Shown here: positions 24,755 through 37,379 of the stretch, one piece after another
How the letters are laid out: every line of letters begins with the position of its first letter
How positions within the stretch are numbered: position 1 is the stretch's first letter
DNA from: Felis catus
Taxonomy: Eukaryota
Direction of reading: 5' to 3'
Length of the DNA: 64,000 nucleotides
Assembly: GCF_018350175.1 (NCBI RefSeq)
Contig: NC_058368.1
Coordinates: forward strand, 178,624,001-178,688,000
The notes under the pieces: generated by a model
Database searches by the model: none
What the model was told of the DNA's origin: nothing
The model's input: the letters and a program-made list of their open reading frames with translations, nothing else
Program-made: the position numbers and the translations under genes

Positions 24755-24985
24755 AGGGGCGCCTGGGTGGCTCAGTCGTTTGAGCGTACGACTTCGGCTC
24801 AGGTCATGATCTCACAGCTCGTGAGTTCGAGCCCTGCGTTGGGCTCTGTACTGACCGCTCAGAGCCTGGAGCCTGTTTCAGATTCTGTGTCTCCCTCTCT
24901 CTCTGACCCTCCCCCGTTCATGCTCTGTCTCTCTCTATCTCGAAAACAGATAAACGTTAAAAAAAAATTAAAAAAAAATACAAAA
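24755..24985 (+). mobile_element. Can-SINE
   Basis: ggggcgcctgggtggctcagtcg head, CT tract, A tail. Confidence 0.9.
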
Positions 24986-25024
24986 AAACCCTCAGTCATC
25001 AAGTTAATATTTTAATGGAATATT

Positions 25025-25236
25025 TTTTGAGTTTCTTTATTTTGAGACAGAAAGAGAGAGAGGGAGAGAGAGCAAGCGCAAGTGGGGGAGGGGCAGAGAG
25101 AGAGAGAGAGAATCCAGAGCAGACTCCATACTATCAGCACAGAGCCCAGCGTGGGGCTGATCTCACAAAAGGTGAGATCACGACCTGAGTTGAAATCAAG
25201 TCAGACGCTTAAGCAACTGAGCCACCCAGGTGCCCC
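25025..25236 (-). mobile_element. Can-SINE, tail-to-tail with the previous copy
   Basis: TSD taatg(g/a)aatattttt at about 25013 and 25237. Confidence 0.88.
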
Positions 25237-25944
25237 TAATGAAATATTTTTAAAAATTGCAATGGATGTAAAAAATATCAATCATGAACGAAATATCAAA
25301 ATTTTAAATAAATGCTTTATGGGATGACGACATATGAAGCATCTGACAGATGGGAGATGATCAACATATATATTCCTTCTCTCATCCCCCTCTCTGAGGC
25401 GAACATGATGTGGGCCCAGGCATACAGCTGCCTGCCATAGCTCTAAGGCAGCGGTCACCAAATCTGTCTGACTAGCTCATGCATCTGGGAAAAGTCCCAA
25501 AGCACTAGCATTTTCCAGCTGTTTTCTCTTCACCGAAGGGTGAGCCCTGAGATGGCTGTTTTAAAACATCAGCAAAGGAGAATATTACCTAAGATGTTTT
25601 CATTTGCTTTTGGAGAAACATCTACTCGGTGAAATTTAATAGCTGCTAAAGAGTTAGTTTGCTGACTAAACCTTTTTTATATATATGTAATTATTTGCTG
25701 CGGTAGCTGAAAGAATAAAGGTTTGCCTAGCTCAGCTCGCAATAGTGACAGAACATTGAGTCACCAAACCTTCCTCCACTTCTGCTCCCCTGCTCTTCTG
25801 CTGGGGGTTTGTCTTCTCATTTTATCACAGCTCAGTGGGTTTGATTTCTCATTATTAGAGTAAGTGAAACCATCTATATTCTGAGGCTGGCTCGCTGAAA
25901 CTTCTTCATGCTCAGTCCTTTTTCTTTGCCCTAATTCATTTCAG

Positions 25945-25975
25945 GCATGGATGGGGACCCGACAGAAGAGAGAAT
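25945..25975 (+). CDS. LCP2: LCP2 exon 14 (HGWGPDRREN)
   Basis: ttcag| ... |gtaagt; 31 nt. Confidence 0.95.
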
Positions 25976-28183
25976 GTAAGTACAAAATGTTATTTGGTGA
26001 ATGCTTGGCACAGGGAAAATCAGTGCAGGCTCTGTGGGGTGTGGGGGCCATGCCCATCTCAGACTTCATTGAAGCCCAGCACAGGGAGCAAGGCCTGCGC
26101 ACAGTAGGCCCTTAAATACTGGTGCCTGTGGGGTCTCCATCTTTTCCACCTGCCCACAGTGCTGCACTGCTTAGCTCTTGTTCCTTTAAGAGCTCCTGGG
26201 GTGGCTGGGTTCGTTGCAGCCCCATCATCAGGTGGTAATTCACAAGATAAAGTAACAGTGATTGGAAGGAAGGATAAAAGGAGGGGTGCCCAAGAGTCTG
26301 GGCCGTACAGCAAAGTTGACAAGGCCTCTGTTTTCCCTTTTAATACGTCCATGACCTGAACAAGTGAGGTAATAGCAATTATTTAATTCCTGCTAAGTGC
26401 ACGTTGGCAAGCTAGTGACTTTTAGGTGATGAGCTGTTTGCCTGGGAAATAGCAATGGAAGTTTTATGTCCAGTTTTAGCAATGAAAATCTCATGTCCCA
26501 GAAACCCCATCGGTCTCAGGCGGGGCAGAGGGACTGGGGCAGTTGGTCATCCCCGCTTCACACATGTTTTGCCTTTAACGACCCTATGAAGAATCATTAT
26601 TTCTTTTTTACTATGAGGAAATTGAAGCTCAGAAGGGGTGAGATATTCATCACAAGTTGCACAGCTAGTAAGTAGTCAGGATTGGAATCCAGGTCTGTCT
26701 GATTTCCTCTGTGCTACAAGCGCTCTGAAGGTGATCACATCCCTGCCACTATTCAAGGGCTCAGCCCACGAGTGCCTGCTATCTTGCAGCTCTGTGCTAG
26801 ATACTCTGCTGGTTGGGATAAAGTGCTAAGCTATGAGAGACATGCAGACCCACACACAACACACAACAGACCCCCACACAATAGCATGTGATCATGGGAT
26901 GAGCTCCAGAGGTGGAGAGAAGAAAGTGATCCATGGGGCTTGAGGAGTAGAAGTGACTTGTTAGAGGTGAGATTTATGGTGTCATTGGATGATGGGGAGA
27001 GCACAGAATAGAATCATCCTAAGAGAAAGCCAAGATGCACTGCAGCCTCAGGAATGTCCTGAGCAAAGGCAGGTGGGTGACCCTATGGGGACAGCAAGGA
27101 CAACAGCTTGGTTGCAGAGCCAAGGGACAAAGGGACAAAAAGGGGACAAGATTGTAAGTGAAGGTAACTTTATATTCCTGAGGGCCCCAGGGTTGGGAAG
27201 GGTGGATGCTCATGCCATGAGAATCTGAGAGTTGCAGAAAGAAACAAGATATGGTTGCCATGGTGTTAAAGAGGGATTTCATCATTCCCTGAGCCCATGT
27301 GGGTTTAATTATGCAGCCCTTTGCTGGGACTCCCAGTTGGCCAAATGGGATGAGTGATTCTGGCTGTGATCCTTCTTGTCTTGTCTCAATGGTAGGAGTC
27401 ATGACAGCAAACTTTTACTGACCACTCCACATATACCAGGAACATGTAATAAGCAACTTAATACTTGCAACAACACTTTGAATAAGGTGGTCTTTCTTTT
27501 CCAGTGTGCTGGCCTAGCAAAACAAGTCCAGGTTGACAGGTGTGGCCTGCTAGTCAATGGCAAAATCGTTTCACCTCTCCAAACATCATTTCTCATCTGG
27601 AGAGTCTAGCAAATAGCTCCTCTCTTGCCTGTTTCGCAGGTTGCCTGGAGATAAATGCTGAGCAATGTAGACACGCCACATGATATGCAAGGTGGAGTTG
27701 CTTTTAAGGGGAGTGGCCGAAAGAAGGCTGAGCCTTGGGTTAGACATATCAGGTGTCCAATCCATTTCTGTAACCCTTGGCAAGTTAGGACTCCTTCCTG
27801 AGCACCATGTTTCCATTTGTACAAAGAGGATGTTGAATTTTTAAAGGGTTGCTAGGAGAATTGGATGAGATATCGTGTGTAAATCTTTGAGGTACATCGT
27901 AGATACTGCCATCCTTACTGTGTCTTTAGGCCCTCTTGGGCACCTCAGAACCTATTTTGTGTTAAGTGTGTAAGGAGAGTCTCAGATTAGAGTGTCCTTA
28001 ATGATTGTTTGTATTAAGAAATTATGAACCACTTAGCAAATTCTACTGTTCTCCACACTATATTATGGAGACATACAACTACTAAAGAAAGAGAGACATT
28101 TATGTGATTGAGAAATGCAGTTCTTTTAGGAATTGTGTTTTGATGATAGGTTAATACCTTTTTTTTTTTTTCCCCTTTACCAG

Positions 28184-28196
28184 GATGAAGATGACG
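28184..28196 (+). CDS. LCP2: LCP2 exon 15 (DEDD-V), 13-nt micro-exon
   Basis: Long T tract, accag|GATGAAGATGACG|gtatgt; needed for frame between exons 14 and 16. Confidence 0.9.
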
Positions 28197-28875
28197 GTAT
28201 GTTCAGAAAAGCTTTCTTATAACTCATTCCTTCATTTTCTGCCCAGAATTCACATGGAATTATTTAGTACAGAAGCCCCATAGACATAATTATAATTGTT
28301 AAATTAGCGTTAAGTAGACATAGGTCAGTTGGTATACAGCATAACTATAATAAAATGGAATCGTCTGGGTTCCCAAAGAGAACTGTTACTTTCATAAGTA
28401 ATGGTGCAAATGACTTAATAGTACAGCAAAATTAAAAATTGCATATATGGCTTGATAGAAAAATTGCTAATATTTATGCCTTCTAACACAGGAGATGATC
28501 ACTAACTGCAGATAAATGAGATAGCATAAAATTTGGCTTACATAAAACAAAACTTGTGAATCATTTCTGAAATTCATATGGTTTCCAACTGACAATTTTC
28601 TGCCAAGGTAGTGTTTCACAAATGAAAAAATAAAATAAATGCATATTATAGAGAATGATATAGAATGGCAACATTTTAATGCATTCTAAGGTAGTAAGTC
28701 ATCTAGAAAAGTCCTGGGGTTGGGATTCCATTGTACCACTTCCTAATTATGTTGGATCTTTTGGATTTTTCTATCTCTCTGTAGACTAGCGGTTTCTAAC
28801 TTGGGAGCAGTTCTGGAATGTTCCTGTGACACCTGGATGCTGACAAGCTGTTTAATTTTTCCTTTTCCCCCACAG

Positions 28876-29005
28876 TGCATCAAAGACCTTTGCCTCAGCC
28901 CACAATGCTCTCCATGAGCTCCAATACTTTTCCTTCCAGATCTGCCAAGCTATCGCCCAAGCACACCCTCCCATCACCTCACATGCCTGGAGCATTCTCT
29001 GAAAG
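28876..29005 (+). CDS. LCP2: LCP2 exon 16 (HQRPLPQPTMLSMSSNTFPSRSAKLSPKHTLPSPHMPGAFSES)
   Basis: cacag| ... |gtctgt; 130 nt. Confidence 0.94.
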
Positions 29006-29450
29006 GTCTGTGGTAACGTCATTCAGTGCTAACTTAACATCACCCCCAGGTCCACTCAAAAGAACTAATGTCTGGTGGGTTGGGAAAGAAAGAAATGAGC
29101 CAGTGGTAGTCAGGCCAGAACATTTTGGGTCCTCAGGAACAAAATCAAACTGAGCATAAGGACCCACACATGTTAATCCACTGCTATTCTTGGAGTCTCT
29201 GAGCTTGGGGTTGGAGGCATACGGAATTGACTGCCCCATGGTCATCAAGGCAGAATGGACCCTTGGGCAGGGTTTCAAGGGAATGTTTTCACTTGGTGAA
29301 TTAAAATGAACACTCGAGAAACCCAATTAATTTAGGTGCTTGGAGTTCATCCAGATCGTGGATGCAAGGACCTAGCTGATGTGCGAATTCACTGCACAGG
29401 CTCTGTCCCCACAGGCCCACTTTCTCAATAGCAACAGTGTTTCTCAGGGC

Positions 29451-29518
29451 CCACGAACTGTGAGATCATGACCTGAGCTGAAATCGGACACTCAACCGGC
29501 TGAGCCACCCAGGCGCCC
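29451..29518 (-). mobile_element. Can-SINE head only (3' portion missing)
   Basis: cacgaactgtgagatcatgacctgagctgaaatcggacactcaaccggctgagccacccaggcgccc without GA tract or polyT. Confidence 0.8.
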
Positions 29519-29787
29519 AACTTTAAAAACAATAGCCAAGTTTAAAAACAACCTTCCAATACCCTTTACAGGTTATGTTGTTTTGGCTGGTGGAGTCCGT
29601 TAGAATTTGGGGTAGTAGTGAGATGTGCCCCACCAGCCCCTCCTCTTTGCTCAGCTGCCGCAGCTACAGGGAGAACTGGCCGTAGTCATGAAGGAAGCAG
29701 CATTGTCGGCGGGTTTCTCTAACCCACCTTCCCCATCAGCCTCTTCAGCCCAGCGCAACTCAATTCAGTTCTTTTCTGTCTCCGCAG

Positions 29788-29837
29788 TAACAGTGGTTTC
29801 CCGCAGAGTGCCTCCCTGCCGCCATACTTCTCTCAAG
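29788..29837 (+). CDS. LCP2: LCP2 exon 17 (NSGFPQSASLPPYFSQ; HPK1/14-3-3 serine motif)
   Basis: cgcag| ... |gtttgt; 50 nt; SASLP motif (human S376 region). Confidence 0.95.
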
Positions 29838-30169
29838 GTTTGTACTCTGGGCTCTAGTGACCTACTCCAGGCAACATGCCTCCACGACTGGATTCCTAAC
29901 CTGTCCCAAAGCCTTTGGGCAAAGGTTCGGTTATTCCCTAAAAGCTGGAAAATCTGTTTTCTCACTCAGTACTTAATTCAGTTTCTGTGGTGTGCCAAGG
30001 GCCGTTGGAATGTGAGGTTGCTACACACACACACACACCCCACCTCAGAAAGGCAGCCTTGGCCTTCATCTTCCCACATAGAGGTTTTCCTCCCTGCTCT
30101 TTTTACATGGTGCTCAGGGTAGTGCTTGGCTTGCTCTGTAGTCTTAGGTTTCTATAATGAGTCCACCCT

Positions 30170-30465
30170 TGAGTTGTGTTGAGGACCGTGTTTAAAATGC
30201 AGATTACGAGAGTACAACCCCCCCAAGATTCTGATTCAGTAAGTCTGGATGAGGACCTGCATTGTGAATAATACCTTCTCTGGTGTCCATGACAAGTTTT
30301 GCTGACAGTGTTCTGAAACTTCAGTATGAATACAGATGACTTGAGAATCATGTTAAAATGTAGATTCTAATTCAGTGGGTTTGGGGTAGGGTAGGAGATT
30401 CTGCATTTCTAGCAAGTTCTCGTGATGCTGATGCTGTTGGTCCATGGACCACTTTGAGTAGCAGC
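30170..30465. mobile_element. MER5-like DNA transposon fragments
   Basis: aaaatgcagatt..gattctgattcagtaagtctgg..ctgcatttcta..gatgctgatgctg..gaccactttgagtagca. Confidence 0.65.
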
Positions 30466-30729
30466 AAAGGCCTACAAGGTAGGACTAGACTGTGTTTCTG
30501 TTTTAGTCTTAGGGACTTGCAAGTGATTGGCACATGCTAGGGACTTTTAAAAATGTTTCTTGAATGACCGAGTGTCAAATGACTGTGGAAAGTTACCCAG
30601 CTCTAGTAAATAGATTTTCTTCATTCCAGGAAACTTGCCTAGCATTGCCAGATTTTCTGATGATTTTTTCAAGAAATACTGGAAGTGTGGCTTTTAATAT
30701 GAAATTACCTGATTTTTAAAGGTTGACTT

Positions 30730-30944
30730 AAAAAAATTATGTTTATTTTTGAAAGAGAGAGAGAGAGAGAGAAAAGGAGGGAGGGAGGGGCAGAGAGAGA
30801 TGGGAGACACAGGGTCCAAAGCAGGCTCCAGGCTCTGAGCCGTCAGCACCAAGCCTGGCATGCGGCTTGAACTCATGACCTGTGAGATCATGAGCTGGAG
30901 CTGAAGTCTGATGCTTAAGTGACTGAGCCACCCAGGTGCCCCCA
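30730..30944 (-). mobile_element. Can-SINE
   Basis: TSD taaaggttgactt at 30717-30729 and 30945-30957. Confidence 0.9.
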
Positions 30945-32913
30945 TAAAGGTTGACTTGAAAATTTTTTAAATGCTGTGAGGAACAACCCTCTCCCCCCTT
31001 TTTGGTCATAATACACATGTAAGAACACCGGTGTGTGTTATAAATAGAAAAGCATATTAGTACTTGAATCATTGCTCAAGAATGAAGACTTTTTTTAGGA
31101 GCACATCTATTACATTCAGTTGAATACATTATCCCATGTATGTGTGAGATCCTATTGCTGACACCAATGAAATCCATTATGTTTTTAATGCTTCCTAAGC
31201 ATTTGAGGGTATAGTGACTACTATGTGGTTTCTGCCGTTGCCCTCACGTCTCTCAGTTTTCCAGTGTCCACAACTCACTGCGTTTTGTGAACCCACATTG
31301 TGTTACTTGCCTGGCTTCTGCAGGCATCTAAGCTTCAGACACTTATAGCCGTGTCTCTCAAAGTAAGTTCCACAGACACCCAGTTTTAGGGTTGGTGTTG
31401 GGGATTCTTGATAAAATAATATAGTAATATGATCTGGAGAGGAATGCTTACCTTAATCAAAATTGATCCTTTTTCCCCTAAGACCGGTAGGACACCTGGT
31501 CCTCAGTCTTCTCCATTGGTTGCTCCAGCGTTAGAAAGATGAAGAATGGTCTGTGTATTACCCAAAAACCCACTCCAGCTCCCTTGAAGATCTCAATAGT
31601 AAGGGCAGTGTGTGGATGCAATAAAAAGTAGTATATTGTCTGCTGCAAATATGACTTTATGGTGCTGACCTGCAAATGCAGAAGTAGAAAGAGAATAATT
31701 TCATGCAGGATAGGCTTTGGTTATATTTGTTAACTATTGCATTCATTCAATACACAATATAAAAGCCCCTGCCATGCTGGACTGCGAAGGTGGGAATAGG
31801 GAAGATCTGTTTAGGCCGTGGGAGACTTAAGAAGGAAGATCAACAGTTCAGGGCCATCTGATCTGCTTATTTAGAAGGAGGCAATGAGTGCCATGGTAAA
31901 CAATTATGCCAGTATGGCTCAGGGCACTTCAGCCCTTCCCATGTAATTCTCCTCACTCAGCAACCCGGGCAGGCATATTGTGGATGGCAGAACAACCCCA
32001 CTGCAGAGCCACTTGGAGTGCTTGTCAAATGCAGACTGGGTGGTTCAAATTCTCCCTGGGATTCTTATGCCCAGTAATGTTTGGGAATCACGGGTTGAAG
32101 TCCTGACTCTGCCGCTAGGAGCACACGATTCATTCAGACTCTCTGTTTCCTCACACTCAAAAAGAAGGGAATACCCGTCTTGCGGTGTTGCTGTGAAGAT
32201 TAAAGGAAGGGTCCATGGGTGCCTTACTCAAGGCCTGGGCAGCATAGTGTTGAAAAAATATTTGTTGAATAAATGAATGAATGACACATGAATAATTCAG
32301 AGAACATTCGGCTCACACAATTTTTCAGTTCTTAACAGCCGTCCTGGCATATAGAAAACAGCCTTGGCAATTACAAGTCAACACAATCAAACCTTTCCTG
32401 AGTTTAGGAAACACCCTCAGAAAGTTTCAGGGAACCGTAAACGAGAAAATACCATGTTAGGGAGGTTTACAGGTGCCTAACAAAGACTTCCTCATTGATC
32501 AGTAGTTGGTAAGGGATTCTGTGAGAGCTGAACACTTCTACCTCTTTAGAAAATTCGGTAAAGAACAGTAGGTAGCAAACTGGTTCTAGAAACTGACAGT
32601 TTTTCAAGGTAATTTCACTTTGTCTTAGGTAGTTTACATTTCTTTTTGTGTAAACAATGAGAACATAATCATCTTTATTACTGCATTATCATCCTATCAG
32701 TGGTTGGGAACCCCTTCTGGATTGCTGGAGTCTGTAAAATCTGAAAAATGTGATGATTATATTTAAACTACGGTGACTTTTTCATTAATGGACTAGTTAT
32801 TTTATATTATGTAACATTCCCGTGTAAGAAATCACTCACATTTGTGGAACTATTCTCAAAGTTTCACTGGTATGTCTTACAGAACAATGCCTGCACAGCC
32901 AACAGCCCTTGTG

Positions 32914-33121
32914 TGTGTGTGTGTTTAAGGTTTATTTATTATTTTTGAGAGAGTGCGAGCGGGGGAAAGGGCTGAGAGAGAGGGAGACACAGAATCCGAA
33001 GCAGGCTCCAGGCTCTGAGCTGTCAGCACAGAGCCCAATGTGGGGCTGGAACTCATGGACTGTGAGATCATGACCTGAGCTGAAGTGGGACGCTTAACCC
33101 ACTGAGCCACCCAGGCCCCCT
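32914..33121 (-). mobile_element. Can-SINE with (TG)n at its tail end
   Basis: TSD gcccttgtg at about 32905 and 33122. Confidence 0.88.
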
Positions 33122-33291
33122 GCCCTTGTGGTTTTGAACAGGTGAAAATTATTTTTGAAGCTATGGCTTTTTAAAGTGTTTCTTAAGTGCTGGGAACAAT
33201 TGCAAGGGCATTTTAGGGGGGAAATGTGTGATGACAGAAAATGAAAAATAGCTTACAGCAAATTAACTTTCAAAATGTTATACTTTTGAAG

Positions 33292-33386
33292 GCCTTGGCA
33301 ATAGACCACCTCCCAGAACTGAAAGCAGAAACTTTTCCTTACCAGTTCCAAACAAACCTCGACCACGGTCTCCTGGGGAAGAAGAG
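33292..33386 (+). CDS. LCP2: LCP2 exon 18 (GLGNRPPPRTESRNFSLPVPNKPRPRSPGEEE)
   Basis: tgaag| ... |gtaata; 95 nt. Confidence 0.93.
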
Positions 33387-33992
33387 GTAATAAAGCACAT
33401 GTTTTCGTGTTATTTTATTTTTTCCCCAGCAAATAACCAAAGTTCCCATTGTATACTCCTTTGTATTTTTATTATTTAAATTACCTTTAATTTTTTTTTA
33501 GTGAAAAAAAAAAAATTAAAGGGGAGGATCCAAATGAAAAATATGTTCTTTTTCCTTGGTATTTTTCCAGGCTCTTCCAATAGCAAATGTGTGCTTTGTA
33601 TTTAACGCGAAAAATAATCCTATTCTTCATTTGTCTTCTAGTTTATGACCTTGAGTAAGTCACTTAACTGCTCATTAACCCCAATTTTTTATTAAATATA
33701 CTATAGTAAACTGAAGAAATTATACATCTCTATCTTTCCTGATTAAAGGTTCCATTATATACAGAATGCTTATTCACAACTACCTTTACAACCATGATAA
33801 AAAGCAGTTCATGCAAAATATCTTCTATTTAGCCCCACCTAAGTGATTCTATATTCAAATTAAGAAAGCAAATGTTTCAAAGCTCATGGAATTGAGGTGG
33901 TGATTTATGAAAATGATTACTTGGAGGCTTTTCTTTTCACTTACACATATAACTGCAAAATTTATTCAGTTTTTAAAAATTTACATTTTCAG

Positions 33993-34070
33993 AACTCATT
34001 AAATGAAGAGTGGTACGTTTCTTATATTACCCGACCAGAGGCGGAAGCTGCTCTTAGAAAGATAAACCAG
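33993..34070 (+). CDS. LCP2: LCP2 exon 19, start of SH2 (NSLNEEWYVSYITRPEAEAALRKINQ)
   Basis: ttcag| ... |gtactg; 78 nt; SH2 WY..ITR.EAE..L signature. Confidence 0.97.
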
Positions 34071-35576
34071 GTACTGTGCCAAAGTTTATTTTTAAGTAGT
34101 TATAAATATTAATGGGAGGAGAAAAAAGGAGCTGTCTTTTATTGAGCACCAATTATGGGCTAGGAATTCTGCTAGGTGATATTCATGCTGTTATACCAAG
34201 GGGACCCATTAGTAGCAGATTTACACCCACCAGCATCTATAGCAATGATTCCCAGGATCTGGGAAAAATCTAAATTAAGACAGTCATTCGGCTGGCAGAA
34301 TCCAAGGAGCTTCTATTAACAAAAAGCATCTGTCTTGTCACAGGAAGCATATCTTATCAAAAGGAGGCCCTTTCCCCCAAACTTCTAACATCTTACCGTT
34401 AGCATCTTCATTTTTAATATACAACTGCCATCCACATTGATGTGAAGGGATCCATTATGGAGACAGGCAGCAGCAAGTTTTTGCCCTTTCCCCTAGAAAT
34501 TTCTAGTTGTTCTTAACCAGATTTCCTGTGATCTGGCACCGAATCTTAACCTTAAATCTATTTATCAGAGAAAGAAGAGCAAAGATCCTTCATCTCTCAC
34601 ATCTTGAGTCTGTAAGAATAGTTCTCAATCTTCGCTGCACATTTAAGTCACCTGAGAAACTAATTTAAACATTCTGATTCCTGGATTTCACCTGGAGAGA
34701 TTCTGATTTATTTAGTCAGGCATTTTGTGTGGGTTCTGAGTCTCCAAAACTCTAAATTCTAAATTCTAGGCTGTGAATCACTGGTCCACAGGTGTATTTG
34801 TTGACCAGAAGATATTCTGAATGGAATTTACTCAACTGGAATAAGAAGAACAAAGGAAAGCCATTATTGCAGATTGAAGGCTCTAAAGCCATCATGATTC
34901 AGTATACAAAGCAGGAAGTGGTTTAAACACTGCCTTACTCATTAATCCTATCTTAATATTAGATCTTTACAGTATTAGTATTATGTACAATAATTTATGG
35001 AATGACATTTTAAAGTACAGGACAAATCACACTATTTCAGTAAATAGGAAAAAAAGGTGATAAGAACACAAGACAGTTCACATTTGTTTATGTTCAGATA
35101 TTTAATGGTGAACATTTTATGTGGAGATCACGAGGTTTTAAAATGGATGAATGTCATAGGCATTTGGGTGTTTTCTGACTTTGGCTGTGGAAAGTAAGGG
35201 TTAGGGAATTAGTTCCCAGGAGTAGGAAGATAAATCTTTAGTTAACCAATAAAGTCCTTATTTTGTCTGGCCCTTTGTCCACTCAACCACCTATAATTTG
35301 TTTTATAACTGAAGAAAAAAAAAGCGACTTCTTTTTTATCAAGAGACTTCAAAAAGTCTCTTTGGAATTTGGAAATTTCTCTGATACAATCTTTGCTGCC
35401 TCTTGACAACCAAGAAATCTGTGACACATGGGGCTGTAACGGTTCAGGGCACTAAATGTTCACTGTCTTTGCAACTGGTAAGTTTCCAGAACTCTCGAGG
35501 CTTGTCTACTGCTCTTACAGGCAACAGAAGTATTGCCATTTATTGCTCACGTAATAATAAGAATTTATTCTTTTAG

Positions 35577-35732
35577 GATGGCACTTTTCTCGTTAGAGAC
35601 AGCTCTAAAAAAACAATAACCAATCCGTATGTCCTCATGGTGTTGTACAAAGATAAAGTTTACAACATCCAGATCCGTTACCAAGAGGAAAGCCAAGTTT
35701 ACTTGTTGGGAACTGGACTCCGAGGTAAAGAG
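35577..35732 (+). CDS. LCP2: LCP2 exon 20, SH2 core ([12 protein letters not shown]...GLRGKE)
   Basis: tttag| ... |gtaagg; 156 nt; FLVRDS phosphotyrosine-pocket motif. Confidence 0.97.
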
Positions 35733-37256
35733 GTAAGGAATTTCAGTTGTAAAATGTACCCAAATCCTTGTTTATGCTATTCTGCATACCTACCTCTATG
35801 GAAACTTGCTGTAACATTCTTTGGGGGTTCATACTCTCCCGCAACTTTACAGAGTTAAATCACATTGGTGAAGCCCTTCCTTTACTGGAAGGAAATAAAA
35901 CAAAGTAACAATAGCTACCTCTACCATGGAGTCTTTCTTATATCTTCTATTCCAACTAGTCTAAAATCACATGTGTAAGTTTTAAAATTAAAAAAATTAA
36001 CATTTAAATTTAAAAAAATATACAGTTAGATGGTATCAGAGATAAGCCCCCTCTTTCATTCACCTCTGTAACACAATTTTAATGTAAGATTGCAGTGTAT
36101 TTACAAGGCTGTATTTTAAAATTGACATCTGGAAAAGAGTAAAAAAAATGGAATTCTTGTTGTGGTGATTAATTCAATACTTGGGTCATTTCTCACTTGA
36201 AAGAAATTTTCCTCTTTTGGTCAATGTTTATGCTAATTAGTTTTTGGATGGTAATCAAAAAAACTGCTTCTGCAAGGAAGCTAACAGCTAAACTTAAGCC
36301 CCAAACATGTTCTTTAAGTTCAAAGGTCCAAGAGGAGGATCAGTCGAATCAAACATTTCCAGGATGAAAAACAGCTAGCCCTTAGACTCTACTCCAAAGT
36401 TATGATCATGTAAATGAGTGGAAAAAAACATATGATCCTGGTCAAATGTTTCAATCACTAGTTCAGTGTGGCTAGAGCTGCATCGTTGCTGTAGAAGCAC
36501 AGAGATAGATGTCTGCCCTCCAGAATTTGTCGGTCTGGTGTGGAAAAACAGAAGCGCTCACCACAGGCCGCAGCCCTGGAAGGCGGCATCCAGCAGAGTG
36601 GTCTTGGAGGAAGCGCATAATCCTGTCTGGGGACCCGATGTGATTCTGACCCATGTCTAGGAGGCTCGATGGGTTGTATTCCAGCCTGGCCATCAGGGAT
36701 AACGTGATAAAGGCAATGGGTGTGAAGACTTGGCTGCAGAGTCCTGGGGAGTGTAGAGATGACAGTGAAGGCACAGCAGAGAGATCCTGTAGGAACCATT
36801 GTGCAATGCTACAGGTTATCACCTCCAGACACTGGGACACTGTCTGCCTTCCTGATTCCTTATAGCTCCTCCCACTATTAGTGATTAAGAGTGAAGTAGG
36901 GATACAGAAACCAAAATCAAAAACACAGAGCAATTCTAAGGCAGAGGTATCACAGTTAGACCTCCTATATATTTATGACCCCCATGAAGTTAAAATACAT
37001 ATATACATACACACAAATATTTACATTGTCTTTTATCCATAATTTGTTGGATGTTGAAAAATTATTTTTTCAAAGTTCTGTAGAGAAATCATGAAAATAT
37101 TTGCCAAATTTTACATATTTTTCCTCGCCATCCTCATAACTGAAGAGGTAGGATCTTATGCAGATAAAAAAAAAAAACAAACTGAGAGTGAAATTCAAAT
37201 GCTTGGCTTCTCTACTCATTCCAACGTTGACTTATCTCCTTATTTTGAATTTTTAG

Positions 37257-37379
37257 GACTTTTTGTCTGTGTCGGATATCATCGACTACTTCAGGAAAAT
37301 GCCACTTCTGCTCATTGACGGGAAAAACCGAGGCTCTAGATACCAGTGCATGTTAACGCATTCTGCAGGTTATCCCTAG
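37257..37379 (+). CDS. LCP2: LCP2 last coding exon (DFLSVSDIIDYFRKMPLLLIDGKNRGSRYQCMLTHSAGYP*)
   Basis: tttag| acceptor; TAG at 37377-37379; matches SLP-76 C-terminus as recalled. Confidence 0.97.
   Translation, partial: DFLSVSDIIDYFRKMPLLLIDGKNRGSRYQCMLTHSAGYP

Noticed and set aside
24767..25015. Recurrent ORFs like MAQSVERLTSAQVMIS... and tRNA-like heads (also 10581, 32925, 49291, 63637)
   Set aside because: These are translations of Can-SINEs; the tRNA-derived heads are not tRNA genes.
29425..29451. ag|caacagtgtttctcagggcc resembling a duplicated start of exon 17
   Set aside because: Similarity is short, there is no donor, and it is better explained as a MER-type terminal stub.
35722..35730. 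Cryptic donor GAG|gtaaag 8 nt before the exon 20 donor
   Set aside because: Out of frame; the downstream GAG|gtaagg preserves GKE-DFL continuity of the SH2 domain.
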